Source: Macrostomum lignano (lineage: Eukaryota). Taken from it: a stretch of DNA of 64,000 nt. Under the pieces are notes generated by a model. The model was not told the DNA's origin. It worked only from the letters and a program-made list of their open reading frames with translations, and made no database searches. Of this stretch, positions 13,521 through 28,820 are shown piece by piece (position 1 is the first letter of the stretch; each line of letters begins with the position of its first letter). Made by a program: the position numbers and the translations under genes. The stretch lies in contig NIVC01000284.1 of NCBI GenBank assembly GCA_002269645.1, positions 372,001 through 436,000 on the forward strand, read 5' to 3'.

Positions 13521-14315
13521 CCCTCCCCAACGAGGATTATTACATGCATACTATAGTTTATTACTGCTATAGTTGGCTTTGAGTTTCTCGTCACACTGAC
13601 CCACAAAACCTACAAAAACTTCTCATGAATAAAAAGCTACATGAATTAGCTAGCAGCATATTAGAATTGAGTCAGGACAGCCCATGCCTCCTTGCTACTG
13701 TGTGATTTTTTGCTGCCGACTTTTATATACACACCTCGTACGCATCAGAGAGACTGAGAGACATCCCAGGCTGTCTTGGGCTGTTTTGAAGTTCTTTGCC
13801 CTAGATACTCGTAACAGTGACAGGGACGCATCCCATACAAGCTACTCATAAAGTTGTCCTGACATCAGACGAATACAACAACTGTGAAAGGAAAATTCAC
13901 AAGAAGAAATTGAGTTGAACCAAAATATAACAGACTTTATAAACATAGCTTAAACAGAGGAACAAAATTCTAAAGCCCAGGAATTTAACCATTAAAATTC
14001 AGTCTGGGTACCTTCTCTGAGATTGAATTGATTTTAATAGATAAATTGAACTATAGTCCTGACGATGTCCATAGTGGACGATGTGCAAAATATAAAGTAA
14101 ACTGAAAGAAGATAAAAAAATTGATCAGTTGTATATATAGTACAATGATGATTGTTTCTTTCGCGTATTTAATTTTGATTAGGCGAGCTACTTTACCTGA
14201 ATTTCATTATAAAATCCTTGACTGATTTAACATTTGTTGGTGAAAGCGCGATAAAAATTCATTAAGGCTTATAGTCTTGGGAGCGTTCTACACAGAGAGA
14301 CATTCAGACGGACAT

Positions 14316-15932
<1,617 letters not shown>

Positions 15933-16393
15933 ACAGAGACTTGGTGTATATGCTTAGTATAGCGATAAACAGATGTATATAGGAACTAAGGAGTGAAAAA
16001 TTTCAGATTCAGTCATTGCTACTCATAGTAGAGTAATTGACAACCCAAAACATAAAAAAACAGTCAGCCGATCAACAAGATTTACTGCGGCCGGAGTGAT
16101 TGTTTTGCACATTCATTACGTCATCTTTGTACATCATTTCAGTGACTATGCTTTTGTCAATAGATGCTGTGTACATTGCACGCCCACTGAATCGGATACA
16201 GCTGCACATCTTTGATGTACACCTCTAACCTTTTTGAAAAAAACCGTGCGATTTCTATCAGTAAGAACCCGCACATACAAAGTGGTCTCAAATATCAAAA
16301 GCATCGAGCAGAAGTAAGTTTTAAATCTCTCCTAATCAAACCCAGCAGAGACAAAGTGAATCGTCACGTGCTAGTGTAGTAAATTTTCTCTGA

Positions 16394-17623
16394 ATGACAG
16401 ATAAGTACTTTCCTATTGGTCCCATACTCAGCAGTCAGTTATGCTTTACCAATCACGTAGAAAGTGCATCGTCTGCGCGGCAGCAACAGTCTGCACCGAA
16501 AGCAGTAAATGAAGGCAACAGCGAAGCCTTCACCAGCAGTCTATGGTCAAGCCAGCCCCTAATCAATCACAGTCTCTGGTCGAAAGCAACGCCTCAGGCG
16601 AGAGCGAAAGACCGTACAGAGGAAGGCACCAACGGCTCGAGCAGAGCAAAAGCATCCCGAGTTGCAACAAGAAATTGGCCCAGCAAAGCAGCAAACGCAG
16701 CTAGCAAACAATCAGAGAACAGCTCAGCAAGCCCAGCCAGCATGGAGTCTTCCACGCGCACTGAAGTTGACCAGCAACAGCCGCTTGCTTTGTCTCCGCT
16801 GGAGTCCAAGTCGGAGCAGCTCGCCCGTCGTCGGTTCGCTGACAGCCTCCGACGTCTGGTGAACAGCGCCGGCGGCGCGTCGAACTTTCTGAACCTCCTG
16901 CTGACGGAAAAACTCGAGCCCAGCGGCGCTTCCACCGACCAGTCGTCCATCGGACTTGGCGATCGCCGCGAGGTTATCGAGGAGGCCAACGAAGCTTCGC
17001 CTGTCGAGGCTCTGCAGCGATGCTCAACCATCCTGAGCCGCATGCCGGAGGCTCAGCGAGCTCTGCGACAGCTGTACAGTCAGGCTGCCGCAGATTGCAT
17101 CGCCCTGTCTGCCAGCGCGCCTTCGCTGCAGGTTGAAGCGGATCACGTAGTCTGGCTGCAGTTCCGTCGAGTGCTCGAGTCCAACGCCACCGTCAATTTA
17201 GGCGTCCGCGACTTCGTTTCCAGCGTCCGCTCTGGCGAGTGCGTCCTGTTCCACCGGGACACGGACGAGGACACGATCGTGGAGAGCCTCTTCCCGGACT
17301 ACAAGTACCTCATCGTGAGCCGAGGCGCCGAGCAGACCGCCTTGATGCTGCCCGAGCTGTTCGAAGTCCGGAGCAAAACTTCGGAGCGAATCAACCATTT
17401 CCACAAGACTGCCGGCAGTGACGACTGCAAGGTGGTAGAAGTTGACGCACCGAAAGTGGAAGTGCGCAAGGAGCTCCGCGACTTGGAGGCTCGCAAACTG
17501 CACATCGTCACTAAGGACCTGATCGACGAACTGTACGAGTTCTACCGTCAGGAGATGTTGAGCGGAGTTCGTGCCACTACCGGGACAGCTCACGTGCCCA
17601 ACTATGACGATAGTCAAGAATAA
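16394..17623 (+). CDS. Uncharacterised 409-aa protein: low-complexity Ser/Ala/Gln-rich N-terminus, then a globular C-terminal part of about 290 aa
   Basis: Uninterrupted non-repetitive ORF. It becomes GC-rich with many C/G-ending codons from about 16780. AATAAA overlaps the stop (17619-17624). No family recognised, and the true start may be on an upstream exon. Confidence 0.65.
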   Translation: MTDKYFPIGPILSSQLCFTNHVESASSARQQQSAPKAVNEGNSEAFTSSLWSSQPLINHSLWSKATPQARAKDRTEEGTNGSSRAKASRVATRNWPSKAANAASKQSENSSASPASMESSTRTEVDQQQPLALSPLESKSEQLARRRFADSLRRLVNSAGGASNFLNLLLTEKLEPSGASTDQSSIGLGDRREVIEEANEASPVEALQRCSTILSRMPEAQRALRQLYSQAAADCIALSASAPSLQVEADHVVWLQFRRVLESNATVNLGVRDFVSSVRSGECVLFHRDTDEDTIVESLFPDYKYLIVSRGAEQTALMLPELFEVRSKTSERINHFHKTAGSDDCKVVEVDAPKVEVRKELRDLEARKLHIVTKDLIDELYEFYRQEMLSGVRATTGTAHVPNYDDSQE

Positions 17624-19859
17624 ATGCGACCAAAAAGCTTGTAAATCTGCGCTGGGGTTTTAAAAAGACCAAACTTTTTATTTTACATTCCCAACCTGTC
17701 GGAGATTTAAATCAGATTCCATGCACTTTCTGCGTCAATCCACAAGCTTCGCTATCCGCCTTCTCCTGCAGGGGTTTGCCGAGCTGTCTTTCGCTTTCCT
17801 TGTTGTCCTTTTTTCTCTCAATTAATTTTAATACACCGACAGTACACACAGACCGGCCAAGTGTCTCTAATTTAATAACTAACGGCGACACTCAACTGCG
17901 TGTGTGCAAGCAACAGGGAGATGGTGCTTCACTTTTATTTGTGACTTTTTTCTTTATTGTTGCGGTAGCGAAGTGTCACTTGTGAAGTTGTAAAGTAATT
18001 TGTAAGATAAGATTTAGAATAACCATAAGCACATTGTGCTACTGTGAAACAAAAATGTAACAGGTCATTTATCGGTAGGTCTCTGAAGGCCTCTCACGCC
18101 AACTACCTTACACGCCTGCTACCACCCTGCCACGACAGACAGAAGCTTCGAAGAACTGAGACAAGTCCTTTTCTTAGGTTTGAGCTCAAACTTTACCTAA
18201 CTCGGCAGTGGAGAGCCTGGGCTCTTCCAGTTGCATTTTGTCGTATGAAATATGGTCTCTCAACTGAGGAGCTATATGTTAAAACTGAAACACGTCTCGT
18301 ACGAGATTTGTTAATTCACAAAAATATTGAGTTTCTTTTGAACCGGGAATAAACAGTTCTTTAACTGTTTCAAGGTGTAAAACTGCTGCCATTTGGATGT
18401 TGTACAATATGAGAATATTCCGCACCGTTATCGAATACTCTCGATCTGTAAACTTACGTGCTAAAAATATACACATTTGTTATGCTGCTGTACATGTAGG
18501 TGTCAAGTGGCGTAAGCCCCAGAATTTACCATAGACTACGGAAAGTTCGAGGCCAAATTTTATTGATTGAGCCTGCAAAATCGAAGGCAAACAAATCGAT
18601 GTCAACGTTTTCCAAAAAAATTTAATGCCCTTAAGGCTTAAGGTGGGCCGTTTCTTTTATGTAGCGCTAACTGCATGCCTTTCAATTCAGTTTTTTTTCA
18701 AATCTGTTTCATTTACCTGCTTTAGCTTTCTTACAATCAGAAACTATTGCAGACTTGCGAGACATTTATACAAGGTAAAAAAGCACAGCTGAACTCAGAA
18801 AAGGGAGCTACTATAGAAAGACAGAGACAGACAAGCGCGGGACACGAGCCCCCCCCCCCAAAATGAAGCTCGAGACGACTGATACGAGCGCATTTCGGCA
18901 AACGTTCTACACTGCAACGTGCCGTCTTAGCTTCAGAAAATCTCGTTTTATGCTTGAAGAATAGAAGTATGCTACTCTTAAATTTATTCTATTCAACGTT
19001 TAGAATAAAAACGTTTTAACTCAATTGCACCTCTCTTTGAGGTTCGTTACTTAGGCTCGGGTTGGCGGTCTGGGCTCAAAGCTAAAATAGTTAAAATATG
19101 TGTGCCGATTTCTCAGACTGAAGGCTATTGTCTGTAGTCTGCACCGTTTCTTTTCTAGACGTTGTATCAAGAGTCTGTTGCATTGCTTTTTATCGCACAA
19201 TTGTTAAGAGCCAGCGGGCCATCTTAGCAATCCTTTCAACGTGGCTACTAGAAAAACAAAAAACAAAATTTGATGCTATACTTGAAACGCAAGTTTACTT
19301 GCTTACTTAGGAGTCTGCTGATGCAAAGTTTTTTCGTATCTATGTGTGTTCTTAAGCACCTGTCCCCCTTATTTCATCTCCTGTCCCATTATTTCAGCCC
19401 TGCCCCCCCCCTATACCAGGTTTTATTTTCCTGCTTATCTTCTGCTCACATGACAGAAAGACTTTAAAAAACACTGGCCTCCAAAGGCCTTATTTTGAGT
19501 GCGGGGCTCACATCTGAGAAATAGCCGTACCGAATATTATTTAAAGCAGTGTATTCCATATGCAACGAGACCGCATAGACACAATGCAGAAAAATGAATA
19601 TAGTTTGAGCGGGGCAGGGTTACCGCTCACGCAGTTTCGCTCGGTGTGGTTGCTAGGCAACCATCAACACCCCCCAAGGCATTTGCTGCGAGCCCTCTGT
19701 GTCACGGGCTCGCAGCCTGTCCGCCCGGCTCTCAAAACTCAGCTTTGCCATTGTTTCCTGGGCCTTGAGACCGGCCTGGCTTGGCAGGGCAACCCTGCGG
19801 TCATGACGAGCAGAGGTCGCCGTTTTTCTGCTGCGCTCTATAGGCACTTTTCCAGTGCT

Positions 19860-21607
19860 TACACCTACTTTTCAGCGCCTGTCTCCCCTATTTCAGCACC
19901 TGTCTCCCTATTTCAGCACCTGTCCCCTTATTTCAACACCTATCTCCCTATTTCAGCACCTGTCCCCCTATTTAAGCACCTGTCCCCCTATTTCAGCCCC
20001 TGTCTCACTATTTAAGCACCTGTCCCCCTATTTCAACACCTGTCCCCCTATTTAAGCACCTGTCCCCCTATTTCAACACCTGTCCCCCTATTTCAGATCC
20101 TGTCCCCCTATTTCAGCATCCGTCCCCCTATTTAAGCACCCGTCCCCTATTTCAGATCCTGTCCCCCTATTTCAGCACCTGTCCCCCTATTTCAGCACCT
20201 GTCCCCTATTTCAGCACCTGTCCCCCTATTTCAACACCTGTCCCCCTATTTAAGCACCTGTCCCCCTATTTCAACACCTGTCCCCTATTTAAGCACCCGT
20301 CCCCCTATTTCAGATCCTGTCCCCCTATTTCAGCATCCGTCCCCCTATTTAAGCACCCGTCCCCCTATTTCAGATCCTGTCCCCCTATTTCAGCACCTGT
20401 CCCCCTATTTCAGCACCTGTCCCCCTATTTCAGCACCTGTCCCCCTATTTCAACACCTGTCCCCTATTTAAGCACCTGTCCCCCTATTTCAACACCTGTC
20501 CCCCTATTTAAGCACCCGTCCCCCTATTTCAGATCCTGTCCCCCTATTTCAGCATCCGTCCCCCTATTTAAGCACCCGTCCCCCTATTTCAGATCCTGTC
20601 CCCCTATTTCAGCATCCGTCCCCCTATTTAAGCACCTGTCCCCCTATTTCAGATCCTGTCCCCCTATTTCAGCACCTGTCCCCCTATTTCAGCACCTGTC
20701 CCCCTATTTCAGCACCTGTCCCCCTATTTCAACACCTGTCCCCCTATTTAAGCACCTGTCCCCCTATTTCAACACCTGTCCCCCTATTTAAGCACCCGTC
20801 CCCCTATTTCAGATCCTGTCCCCCTATTTCAGCACCTGTCCCCCTATTTCAGCACCTGTCCCCCTATTTCAGCACCTGTCCCCCTATTTCAACACCTGTC
20901 CCCCTATTTAAGCACCTGTCCCCCTATTTCAACACCTGTCCCCCTATTTAAGCACCCGTCCCCCTATTTCAGATCCTGTCCCCCTATTTCAGCATCCGTC
21001 CCCCTATTTAAGCACCCGTCCCCCTATTTCAGATCCTGTCCCCCTATTTCAGCACCTGTCCCCCTATTTCAGCACCTGTCCCCCTATTTCAGCACCTGTC
21101 CCCCTATTTCAACACCTGTCCCCCTATTTAAGCACCTGTCCCCCTATTTCAACACCTGTCCCCCTATTTAAGCACCCGTCCCCCTATTTCAGATCCTGTC
21201 CCCCTATTTCAGCATCCGTCCCCCTATTTAAGCACCCGTCCCCCTATTTCAGATCCTGTCCCCCTATTTCAGCATCCGTCCCCCTATTTAAGCACCTGTC
21301 CCCCTATTTCAGATCCTGTCCCCCTATTTCAGCACCTGTCCCCCTATTTCAGCACCTGTCCCCCTATTTCAGCACCTGTCCCCCTATTTCAACACCTGTC
21401 CCCCTATTTAAGCACCTGTCCCCCTATTTCAACACCTGTCCCCCTATTTAAGCACCCGTCCCCCTATTTCAGATCTTGTCCCCCTATTTCAGCATCCGTC
21501 CCCCTATTTAAGCACCCGTCCCCCTATTTCAGCACCTGTCCCCTATTTCAGCACCTGTCCCCCTATTTCAGCACCTGTCCCCCTATTTCAGCACCTGTCC
21601 CCCTATT
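19860..21607. repeat. 20-bp satellite (TTTCAGCACCTGTCCCCCTA)n with higher-order variant pattern
   Basis: About 1.75 kb tandem array with recurring variant runs (AACACC, TAAGCACCCG, AGATCC, AGCATCCG). Confidence 0.96.
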
Positions 21608-22828
21608 TATCATAATACATGTAAGCCAGTTAACTGGGGAAACGTCCTTTAGCAATGAGCAGTAGCTTTAGAGGCGTGTCTAGTATGTATTCTATACCGG
21701 TATATTACATTCTATATTACCAGCTAAAATAGGTTCTGAGATCTTACTCGTTGGCAAGCTGGTCTAAACCACCAAGCCTTGGTCCGAACCTCACCTGTGG
21801 ACACACGTTCAAATAAGTTCTGTATAACTATGAATATAGTGCTAGAATGGTCTATTTTACATAGCAGCCGAACTACGTCGCTCTGTAGCAACAGTAGTCG
21901 GCGGTTTTGAGTCCTTAGTTACTGTAGACTTTGTCTTTGCCTTCACTTGTAGAAACCCGTTTAATGTGAAGCCGCTCCTCAACGCTGGTCTCTTGATCTC
22001 TTGGAATTTTAGGAATCGAAAATTCTTAAAAGTTGGTAGCTATGAAAGTACCCTCGCATTTTTACGAGTATCTCTCTAACGTGGCAACTATATTTTTATT
22101 TGATTTATATTATTTGATTAACGGTTTGCAAACAAACTAATGTTGAGCGCAGTTTGAGTTGGTGCTCTAGGTTTATTGATTTTTCAATTTAATAGAAAGG
22201 GGTTTAAAGCACAGGCTCTAGCGGGGAGTGGGGTGGTAAGAGTGCATAACCTGATGTGAACGATTTAAAAAATCAGGGCGAAAGGTAGCGTGAATCGACA
22301 GGGTAGATGCAGATACAACTCAAAACCAAACTAAAAACTACAACAAAATTATTGAGTAGTCCAATAACGACAATGAGTGGCACGGTAGTCGATCGTGAGT
22401 ATAAGTTTGTACAGACATGCAAACGATATCAACAACACCTTTACTCTTCCAATTAACTTTATCCTTTCAATTACTGGCAAATACGACTAATCACCCGAAG
22501 AGCCTTCAAGCGCATTTTAGAAAAAAAATCCAGTTTCTTTTAGTACTTGACTGATATACTAAACGCATGTTGTAATTAAAGGCTTTATAGTCCTCGTAAT
22601 AAAATTTTTGCTACAACCAAGTGAAAAACTTTACGTTGATCTCTCCAAGTTATTCTTGGTTATAACATTTGGTTAACCTTAACTAACGCTTTAAAAGCAG
22701 ACCCAATCTGTAACTGAACTGGTATTAACTACAGAAAATTATTGGGATTACGAAATTTAAAGAGAAGTTAGTTTTAGAATTAAACAGAAACTTCAGTGCA
22801 CTACAAAAATCTTCTAAACGACATCAGT

Positions 22829-25800
22829 TTAGTAATCTTTGAAACTCTCCATTTTTTGTAGACAGAACTTCACATGCTCGCGACTGTTGCTGTAGTGAGC
22901 CAGGGTGAGCAGCTCCTCCAAGTCCGGGTCATCTTGCAGCTGAGTCTTCCAAGCATCGAATGAGATTTTATTTTCGGGTGTTCGATCGCGGAGCAGCTCA
23001 GCTTGGAAACTCCAGCTCAGGCAGCGGAAGTTCACGTACAGGTGTGAGCACCGAGGCTGGGACAGTCTGGCAGTGAACAGAGACTGCGTGAACTCGGGAA
23101 GAAAAGGAAACCGAGGCGGAGTGTCGCACGGAAAGCAGAACCTCCACGCCCAGTCTGAGTCGTCGGGAACCTCCCAATGTTCCAGCCGACTGGTTGGAAA
23201 GCATTCCGGCGTCCAGGCAGGCTGAGCAGAGTGATTGTAGAGCCTCTTCAGTGGTGACTCGGCCTCCACAACCTCTCCGAACTTTAAGTGCGCCATGACA
23301 TTGAGGCAGAGTCCGGCAGTCTTGCACCACTGCAGTCGGTCAAGAAGTTGCAGGTCATTCATTAGGGAGACCTTATTCGTTTCTGCTGACGTCAGCTTCT
23401 GTAGGCACTGGTAAATTACACAGTAGGCATCCGCAAAGTGCAGGTATTGGTTTTTGCGTCTCGGTGTCACTTCGCTCACTCTACTTGGTGATGCCAACGG
23501 CAGTAGAGCAAAAGGGTGGAAGAAGAAGTTCTGTGACTGCAGTGGTCTTAGGTGCTCTTTCAGCACATTCACCATATCTCCAATGTTTCTTCGCACCTCG
23601 CTCAGTCGGAGTCGAACCCTCGATTTCGTGTTGTCGAATTCGCCGCCGATTCCAGCGTTCTTGAAGTACAGCGAAGCGTCCGACATGAAGAAGTGCGGCA
23701 TGCACTCGTCGGGCGAGCTGCTCGAGTCGATGAAGCTCAGCATCATTTCGAGAGCCTCTTTCACTAGAGAAATCAGATTTTCTGGCTGCCAAGCCAGATC
23801 GAAATCCTCGGTTCCATGCTTCTCGAGCATGAAGAAGAGCAGAGTCTTTGCGTGGTAAGTCTTGAGTCCAGGTGTTTTCAATGTGATGGGTAAGTATCTT
23901 TTGAAGATAAACTTGATTACTGTGAAGAGTTGGCCTTGAACGTCAGAGAGGCTTCGCATGATTCTCTTTTCGTGCAAGCTGAAGCTCACTCTGAGCTCGT
24001 TTCGGGTTTGCTTTGTAGGTCGGGTTGCTCTCACCAGATGAACTTTTGGCAGTTGATCAGTGATGAGTTTAATCTTCTGAGGATCTGTGCAAAAGTCGCT
24101 GCAGCACTGAAAGGCATGGCACAGGTCCAGTCTGGGTCTCACGCCGCTTGCCGGAGTTGCTACTGCAGGCTGGCTTCCTAAAATTAAATAATAATTTTTT
24201 GCTGTATTTATAAATTATATTCTTAATAATACCATTGTAGATGAGTTTTGACGCTCGTAGGCTATCGGAAAGACCTTTGATTTAGATATCTTCAGATATC
24301 TGTATGAGCCTAGATGTCTTAAAATGAAGTAGCTTTTGATAAAAGTAGCTCGTATGCCTAAAAGTTATAAAAGTCGTAAAATATTCTACGCACCACAGCA
24401 CTCGGGAATATTGGCATGACCGTTTGCCACCGTCCACTGATTAGCCTGTGCACACTCCCCCGCCTCGGAGCACCCGCCCTGGAGATGAAACTTCTGCAGA
24501 GCAACAACAACCGTCCAGTCGATGTCTGAGTCATCCGCCGTTCTGCCGTTCACTTGAACCAGACTGTTGGCCCAGCCCTCTGCGTAGCTGCCAGTCAGCC
24601 AACTGTCGTCACGGACCACTGCGATGGCGATTCTCTGCAGGCAGTCGGCCATCACCTTCTGGCACTCGGCTCTCTCGCGGGTGAATCCTGCCGAATTGAA
24701 CAGCTCGTGCAACTCCGTGCTCAGCTGCTCCTCCTGTGCGCGATTTTCGTTCCTAAAATGCGTAAATAGTTTAATATGTAATTGCAGGAAAAATCAGTTA
24801 TTAACTCGTGGATAGTTGGTCAATATCTTACCTTAAGAAAAAAGAATCAAGTAGTCGAAGAAGCTCTGAGTGTCCGTTCTGCTCCGCCCACTTCACGCAT
24901 ATCAAACCCCGATCGTCTTGGTGACTCGCATCCGCTCCTTTGTCTATCAGACTCTTTGCAGCTCGCACGTGACCCGCTTCGCATGCTCGAGTAAGAGCCG
25001 TCCGACCGTGACTGTCTTGGGCTTGCACGAATGCACCGAGCTCCACAAGCTTCTCGATGAGCTCGTGGTGACCTGCATCAGCTGCCAACATGAGAGCAGT
25101 GGCTCCTTCGCTGTCTGGCAGGTCAAAAACATCTCTGGTGAGCTGACGCAAAATAGCGAAGGCCAAGGATACATGCTCACTGTAAATCGATAGTAACAGA
25201 AGCCTCAACTTTTCGGCCGGCTCCATGGTTGACAATGTTTTGTCTAAAATAGAGTTTTCATTCTTCAGTGCCATCATAGAGAAAAATTGAAGCAACGGTG
25301 GAAACTCAAAGAGCCACTGTGGTTCAATATCAAAGCGTTCTACGACGGTTTCGTGTCCGAAAGACGCTCCGGCGAGAGCGCATTGGCGGTCGCACTCAGC
25401 TCTCCGTTCTGCATCGCGAACATTCCGCAACGAGGACATCATGGCATCAGCTTCGCCGCATTGTGCTGCAGACTCAGCAGCCCTGCTGTAGTAGAGATCC
25501 TTCAGACCTTCATCTTTCAGATCATCGACTTCTTTTGAGATAGCATCGAACACATCAGTTTTACCGCCACTTTGTGCGGACTCCGCTGCCTTCATGCAGC
25601 ACTCCAGCCTGACGGATGGCTCTTCAGCCGACTGAACCAGAAAATTCACCACCTCGGTATGGCCGTTGAAAGCCGCTGGCTCAACTGCAGTCAAGCGGCA
25701 CTTGTCTCGCACTTGCTTTTCTGAGACTGTCTCAATGACGAACTTCACAAAATCAAAGTAGCCGCTTTTGGCAGCCGGCTTAACTGCTACTGTGCAGCCC

Positions 25801-27248
25801 TGATCTTTTAAAGATGGAGGAAATTTCATCAGAAGTAAAGACTCCGCAACGTCGAGCTTGAGATTGTTGACGGCTGACTCCACTGATCGCAGATAGCCCT
25901 CATCTTTAATGCTGGAATCATTGATGCTGTTAACAAAGTCTTTCGTCTCTTCCAAGCTACCACTCCAAGCAGCAGATTCTGCAGCGGACGCGTAGCATTC
26001 GTCCTTTTGGCCCTGGTTCCTAATAGACGCAGCTAGAAACTTCACAACATCCCATTTTTGCGAATCCGAAGCGGATTTTGCAGCTTTCTTGCAGCACTGA
26101 TCTTTTACAGTTTCGTCGACCATTTCTTGAACCAGATAGGTCACCACCTCAAGATGACCGTTCTTTGCTGCAGGCGGAGTGGTCGTGTTGCAGCACTGGT
26201 CCTTCAAGTTGTCTGCAACAGAGTCTACCAGAAACTTTGTGATCCAAAGCTGACGATTCTCTCCGAATGCCTCAGCTACTTTAAGGCAGCACTTGTTTTT
26301 CAGTTTCTGGTCTTCGATGGCTTCGATAGCATGTTTTGCCACTTCAAAGTGACCGCAGCTGGATGCAACTTCAGCTACTTTTATTGGGCATTCATGCTTG
26401 AGTCTTATGTTTTTGCAGCCTTGCAACACGGACTTCACTAGCTCAAAGTGTCCATTTCTAGCAGCAGATTCGGCAGAAATCATGCACAGTGCACGTTTCT
26501 CGCTTTCATTTTCTAATTTATTGAGCAACGCTTCGACAAGTTGGGCGTAGCCTTTGGCACCGATATGCCTTGCTGCGACTGTCACTGAGAGTCGTTGATC
26601 TGCTTCGTGCTGTGCCAAGACATCACTGCACTGCTCTCTCACTTCTGGTTCAGTGGATTTTCTCGACAACAGTTCCAGTGTCTCCAACAATCCTTTTCCT
26701 GCAGCTTGTTTCTCTTGGTTGTTTGTTGCAGTTCCAGCTGCCTCTATGCGAAACTGTTGCTTCAACTCCTCGTCTGAGCTCAGTTCAACAAAAAAATTTC
26801 GGACATGTAAATCCTGGCTGTCTGCAGCAGCGTTAGCGAATCTGCGGCAGCATTGGTCTTTCAAGCTTTGGTTGCTGATGGCTTTTGTAAGAATTTGCAC
26901 GACATCCCAAGAGCGCCATATTTGGGCGGATTCTGCCATCTCACGGCACCAATTGTCCTTCCGCTCGCTGTCTCCCATGCTGTTTATGAATGATTCGAGT
27001 TTTTCCATCTGTTTGAACTTCATTGCGTGAATGGCAGCGGTTATGCAGCTCTGGTTCCTGGCATCTTCATCGCCAATACAGCTTATCAAGTACTCCACCA
27101 TTTCCCATTTCTGGTTTTGCAGAGCAAACAAAACTGAATCCTTGCATAACTGGTTTTTTGCATTCGAGTCATGCGTCTGCTCTACAAAAGCTTTTATTTT
27201 TTTTTGATCGCCACCCTTTACAACATCTATTAAACTGCTTTGACTCAT
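22829..27248 (-). CDS. Ankyrin-repeat cGAS-like receptor (Mab-21/cGLR nucleotidyltransferase), paralog A, 1374 aa, 3 exons
   Basis: Exons 27248-24832, 24752-24394 and 24177-22829 join in frame through GT-AG introns of 79 and 216 nt (phases 2 and 1), totalling 4125 nt. Exon 1 has degenerate 33-aa repeats and then canonical ankyrins (GATALMLAADAGHHELIEKLVELGA, GRTALTRACEAGH). Exon 2 has TGSYAEG...SDIDW (NTase GS plus DxD). Exon 3 has RLDLC (third acid), HLV, RVSFSLHEK, LKTYHAKTLLF and MPHFF, which are Mab-21 family motifs. Confidence 0.88.
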
Positions 27249-27462
27249 GATGGCGAGTAGATTTTGGCACGGTTGATTGGCGCCAAAAGCAAGCCGATAT
27301 AGTTAGTACTGAAATGTTCCTCGTTGTCTAGCACAGAATACGAGCGAAGTAGCTTGGCTAAAATTGAACAAAAAGAAAGTAAATTAAATGAATTGCATTA
27401 AGATCCAGCAATACTTTCGTTCTGGCAGGTTAACTAATGCAGAGTTTGAAACCTAATTCGAA

Positions 27463-27830
<368 letters not shown>

Positions 27831-28440
27831 AGCAGAAACGAAGTAGCTCGTAGTAGTCATGAAGCTCTCTAAACATTTTTGGTAACCAAGACGATGGTAA
27901 CATCTTTTATGGCAAATATACTCCTAGGTTATTCTTTAAATTTAACCAGATAGGTCACCGTTTAGGTTACATTTCTACCATAGTAATTTTAATCGAACCA
28001 ATAACTATACAGTGAGCGCCAATATGCAAGTAGTCGGAAACACCTCTGTAGTCGCACACAGCACGTAAAGGCCATTTCACATTGCTGTGTAGTGTGAGCA
28101 TCTTTTGCGTATTCTATTAGTTAGGTTTTGCATTATTGTTATTGAATTATTATTTTGCTTTAGTTTAGTCATACGTTTTTGGTGTACTTTTTCCTTGTTA
28201 AGTTAGAATCAATTTTGCGTAAACAGGCTAGACGTCAGACGCTATTTGTGACTCAGCGGAGGGTTGAGTTTTTGTCTGCGAACCCTAGCTTTGCGCGGCC
28301 AGCCAATCAGAACCGGCCTGGACCCTGGCACGCGGCAAGTTTCAATTCTACCCGGCGCCGCGGGCACAGTGCAATTCGGCTTAAGCAAGCGGCCGGCCAG
28401 ACGACCACCACCCGGCTTGAGGGGGTTTTGAGGGGTTGTG

Positions 28441-28820
28441 ACCATAGATAAAGTATACATAGATTCCACCCCTACCCCCGCGGAGTGTCTAAATTGTGAC
28501 CATCACTTTATTCACTGCGCTCCTATTGGCTGGGCCACGCTATGCACATTGAGTCCACGTGTGTACATTCCCCCAACTCCGCTTTTCTATTATCTCCGCT
28601 TTAACTGTTGAAACTGGTAAGACATCCTTTCGTTCCGCGCATTAAAGTTATAAAGCTTTCTTGTGTGGAAGGGGTGAGGGAATGAAATCGAAGGTGTTGA
28701 AAGGAAGGCTTTCGCGCCAGCCAATGAGAGCACGGTGAGTTTTATGGTGGTCAAAGTTTGGACACGAGCGTGTGTACATTCTGGGCAGGGGTGGAATCTA
28801 TGGTATACTTTATCTATGGT
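28441..28820. mobile_element. ~380-bp element bounded by a ~34-bp inverted repeat (MITE-like)
   Basis: ACCATAGATAAAGTATA-CATAGATTCCACCCCT (28441-28473) is the reverse complement of 28787-28820 with a 1-nt indel. Confidence 0.5.

Noticed and set aside
21740-21850. Short repeat shared with about 45150-45235, encoding a TxGHxFK-like motif
   Set aside because: It is probably the 3' tail of a CR1/L2-type LINE, but too short and degenerate to support a call.
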